Source of the DNA: an uncultured Nitrososphaerales archaeon
GTDB lineage: Archaea > Thermoproteota > Nitrososphaeria > Nitrososphaerales > Nitrososphaeraceae
DNA: 64,000 bases
NCBI GenBank assembly: GCA_963788755.1
Contig: CAWBHQ010000023.1
Span: forward strand, 1,897 to 65,896
Reading direction: 5' to 3'
Part shown: positions 62,405 through 64,000 of the stretch, in pieces
Layout of the letters: every line of letters begins with the position of its first letter
Numbering within the stretch: the stretch's first letter is position 1
Notes under the pieces: model-generated
What the model saw: the letters and a program-made list of their open reading frames with translations, nothing else
Database searches by the model: none
What the model was told of the DNA's origin: nothing
Position numbers and translations under genes: made by a program

Positions 62405-63155
62405 TTGGATATAGCCATGTCAGGCGATTGGAAAAGGAAACGACGCGTCCTACTACTATCACTGCGGGAGAAGTCACCTTGTATCTTGCAACCTTTTTCA
62501 AAATAGTGTTCAAGTTTCCTACTATTACTCTCTGATCTTTCATAGTCCCTCTTTCAACAATCGCTACTCTGGTAGTTTCTTTCAAACCACCTGCCCGCAA
62601 ATCCTGAACAATTTCTTTAATTCTTTCTACACCCATCAATACGACAATTGTATCTACAGCAGTGGCCACAGCCTTCAAATTTACACCTGAATGGTTCTTC
62701 CGTTCATCCTCATGACCAGTAATGAAGGCGACCGACGACGAGTAATTTCTGTGGGTGAGAGGTATTCCTGCATAGGCTGGCGCAGCAATCGCTGATGTAA
62801 TACCAGGTATAATCTCAAATTGGATGTCATGCTTGTGTAAATATTCTGCTTCTTCACCCCCTCTTCCAAAAATCAATGGGTCACCTCCCTTAAGTCTCAA
62901 TACGCTTTTCCCTTTTCGAGCATAAGATAACATAAGCCTGTTCGTTTTTGACTGATGCGTCGAGGTGGCTTTGCCTGTTTCCCTACCAACATAGATTTTT
63001 TTTATCGTCGAAGGAATTTTGCCTATCAGCTCCTTGCTAACTAATCTGTCGTAAAGCACTACGTCGCATTTCGTTAAGAGTCTGTACCCCTTGACTGAAA
63101 TAAGCTCTGGATCGCCAGGGCCGGCCCCGCAAATGAAAACTTTTGAGGAATTCAT
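62397..63155 (-). CDS. cobA: Uroporphyrinogen-III C-methyltransferase
   Basis: GAGPGDPELI, RLKGGDPLIFGRGGEE, PGITS, GIPLTHR. Confidence 0.95.
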   Translation of the reverse strand: MNSSKVFICGAGPGDPELISVKGYRLLTKCDVVLYDRLVSKELIGKIPSTIKKIYVGRETGKATSTHQSKTNRLMLSYARKGKSVLRLKGGDPLIFGRGGEEAEYLHKHDIQFEIIPGITSAIAAPAYAGIPLTHRNYSSSVAFITGHEDERKNHSGVNLKAVATAVDTIVVLMGVERIKEIVQDLRAGGLKETTRVAIVERGTMKDQRVIVGNLNTILKKVARYKVTSPAVIVVGRVVSFSNRLTWLYPNG

Positions 63156-64000
63156 AGTGGATTATTCCAATTCTTTAAGGCCGCCTCCCAGCTCTCAGAG
63201 AAGTCTTTGACACCTTCATCCAATAGTCTCTGTCCTCCTTTGATTCCTATGCTTCGTGCTTCCTCGAATCGCCCTTTTTCGGTAACAAAGATCTGATCTG
63301 AACCGTCAGCAGAGAATACTTTTGCAATTAGGGTTAACAGGTTTGAATCCTTGTCGGATAGAGCTATAACGCCGACTGGGAATTTACAACCTCCTTCGAC
63401 CACCGACAAGAGGTTCCTTTCCGCCTCCAATTCAGCACGCGATCGCGGGTCTTCTATCAATCTCAAAAGATCTAGCAGTTCAGGCCTATCACTCCTGCAG
63501 ATAAGCGCCAGTGCCCCTTGTCCAGCAGCTGGGACAAAATCGGTAACGCTAAATCGTTCCGTAATATACTTGGTTAACCCCAATCGATCTAAACCTGCCT
63601 GGGCCAAAACGATGGCATCATACGCACCAGTCTCAACTTTCTTAATTCTTGTCTCTATATTTCCACGGATTGGTTTTACTTTTAACTCAGGTCTCATCCT
63701 CAAGAGCTGGACGGCCCTTCTTAAACTACTGGTTCCAACCACGGTTCCCGAAGGTAATTCATTTAGTTTCAATCCATTCCGATGAATTAGAACGTCATTG
63801 GCCGCAGACCTACTCGGTACGGAGGCCAAGGTGAGATCCGAAAAGAGCTCAGTTGGTACATCCTTTGCGCTGTGAACTGCGAAATCTGCTTGTCCGTCAA
63901 TCACTGCTTGATCTATTTCCTTCTCAAATATGCCTTTCCTGTCGAAGGTGTAAAGTGGCCTTACGTCTAAATCTCCTGAGGAGCTGATTTTGAGAATTTT
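63152..64000 (-). CDS. hemC: Hydroxymethylbilane synthase (porphobilinogen deaminase), 5'-truncated by the window end
   Basis: KGIFEKEID, AVHSAKDVP, GTSSLRR, IRGNIETR, PAAGQGAL, EGGCKFP; frame open to 64000. Confidence 0.96.
   Translation of the reverse strand, partial: KILKISSSGDLDVRPLYTFDRKGIFEKEIDQAVIDGQADFAVHSAKDVPTELFSDLTLASVPSRSAANDVLIHRNGLKLNELPSGTVVGTSSLRRAVQLLRMRPELKVKPIRGNIETRIKKVETGAYDAIVLAQAGLDRLGLTKYITERFSVTDFVPAAGQGALALICRSDRPELLDLLRLIEDPRSRAELEAERNLLSVVEGGCKFPVGVIALSDKDSNLLTLIAKVFSADGSDQIFVTEKGRFEEARSIGIKGGQRLLDEGVKDFSESWEAALKNWNNPL

Noticed and set aside
411-63834. Many short ORF-track ORFs antisense to or nested in recognised genes (e.g. 56386-57012, 52739-53203, 27272-27616)
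   Set aside because: Shadow frames of well-supported genes, with no independent motifs.

Overview
Core-chromosome window of an ammonia-oxidising archaeon, inferred to be Nitrososphaerota and probably Nitrososphaeraceae. The markers are type IB topoisomerase, the ADP-forming 3-hydroxypropionyl-CoA synthetase of the 3HP/4HB cycle, cofG/cofH, archaeal rps13/rps4, KEOPS kae1/bud32, pheST/trpS, sufBD, hemC-cobA-hemD, an intron-containing tRNA-His and a tRNA-Met. There are no mobile elements or CRISPR arrays. About two dozen single-base frameshifts split even essential genes, so they are almost certainly sequencing errors. About 12 of them sit in or next to AGCT, which suggests a DNA-methylation footprint. 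The most notable locus is a ycaO-tfuA (thioamide-installing) operon. A hidden, frameshift-masked 57-aa NHLP/Os1348-clan leader-like peptide gene is transcribed divergently from it, in a lineage without methyl-coenzyme M reductase, making it a candidate archaeal thioamide RiPP or protein-modification system. Other oddities include a catalytically degenerate PurF homologue, two tandem AAA+/VWA pairs, a repeat-rich ~810-aa surface protein and a candidate C/D-box sRNA. All family assignments come from motif recognition by eye; no database searches were run.
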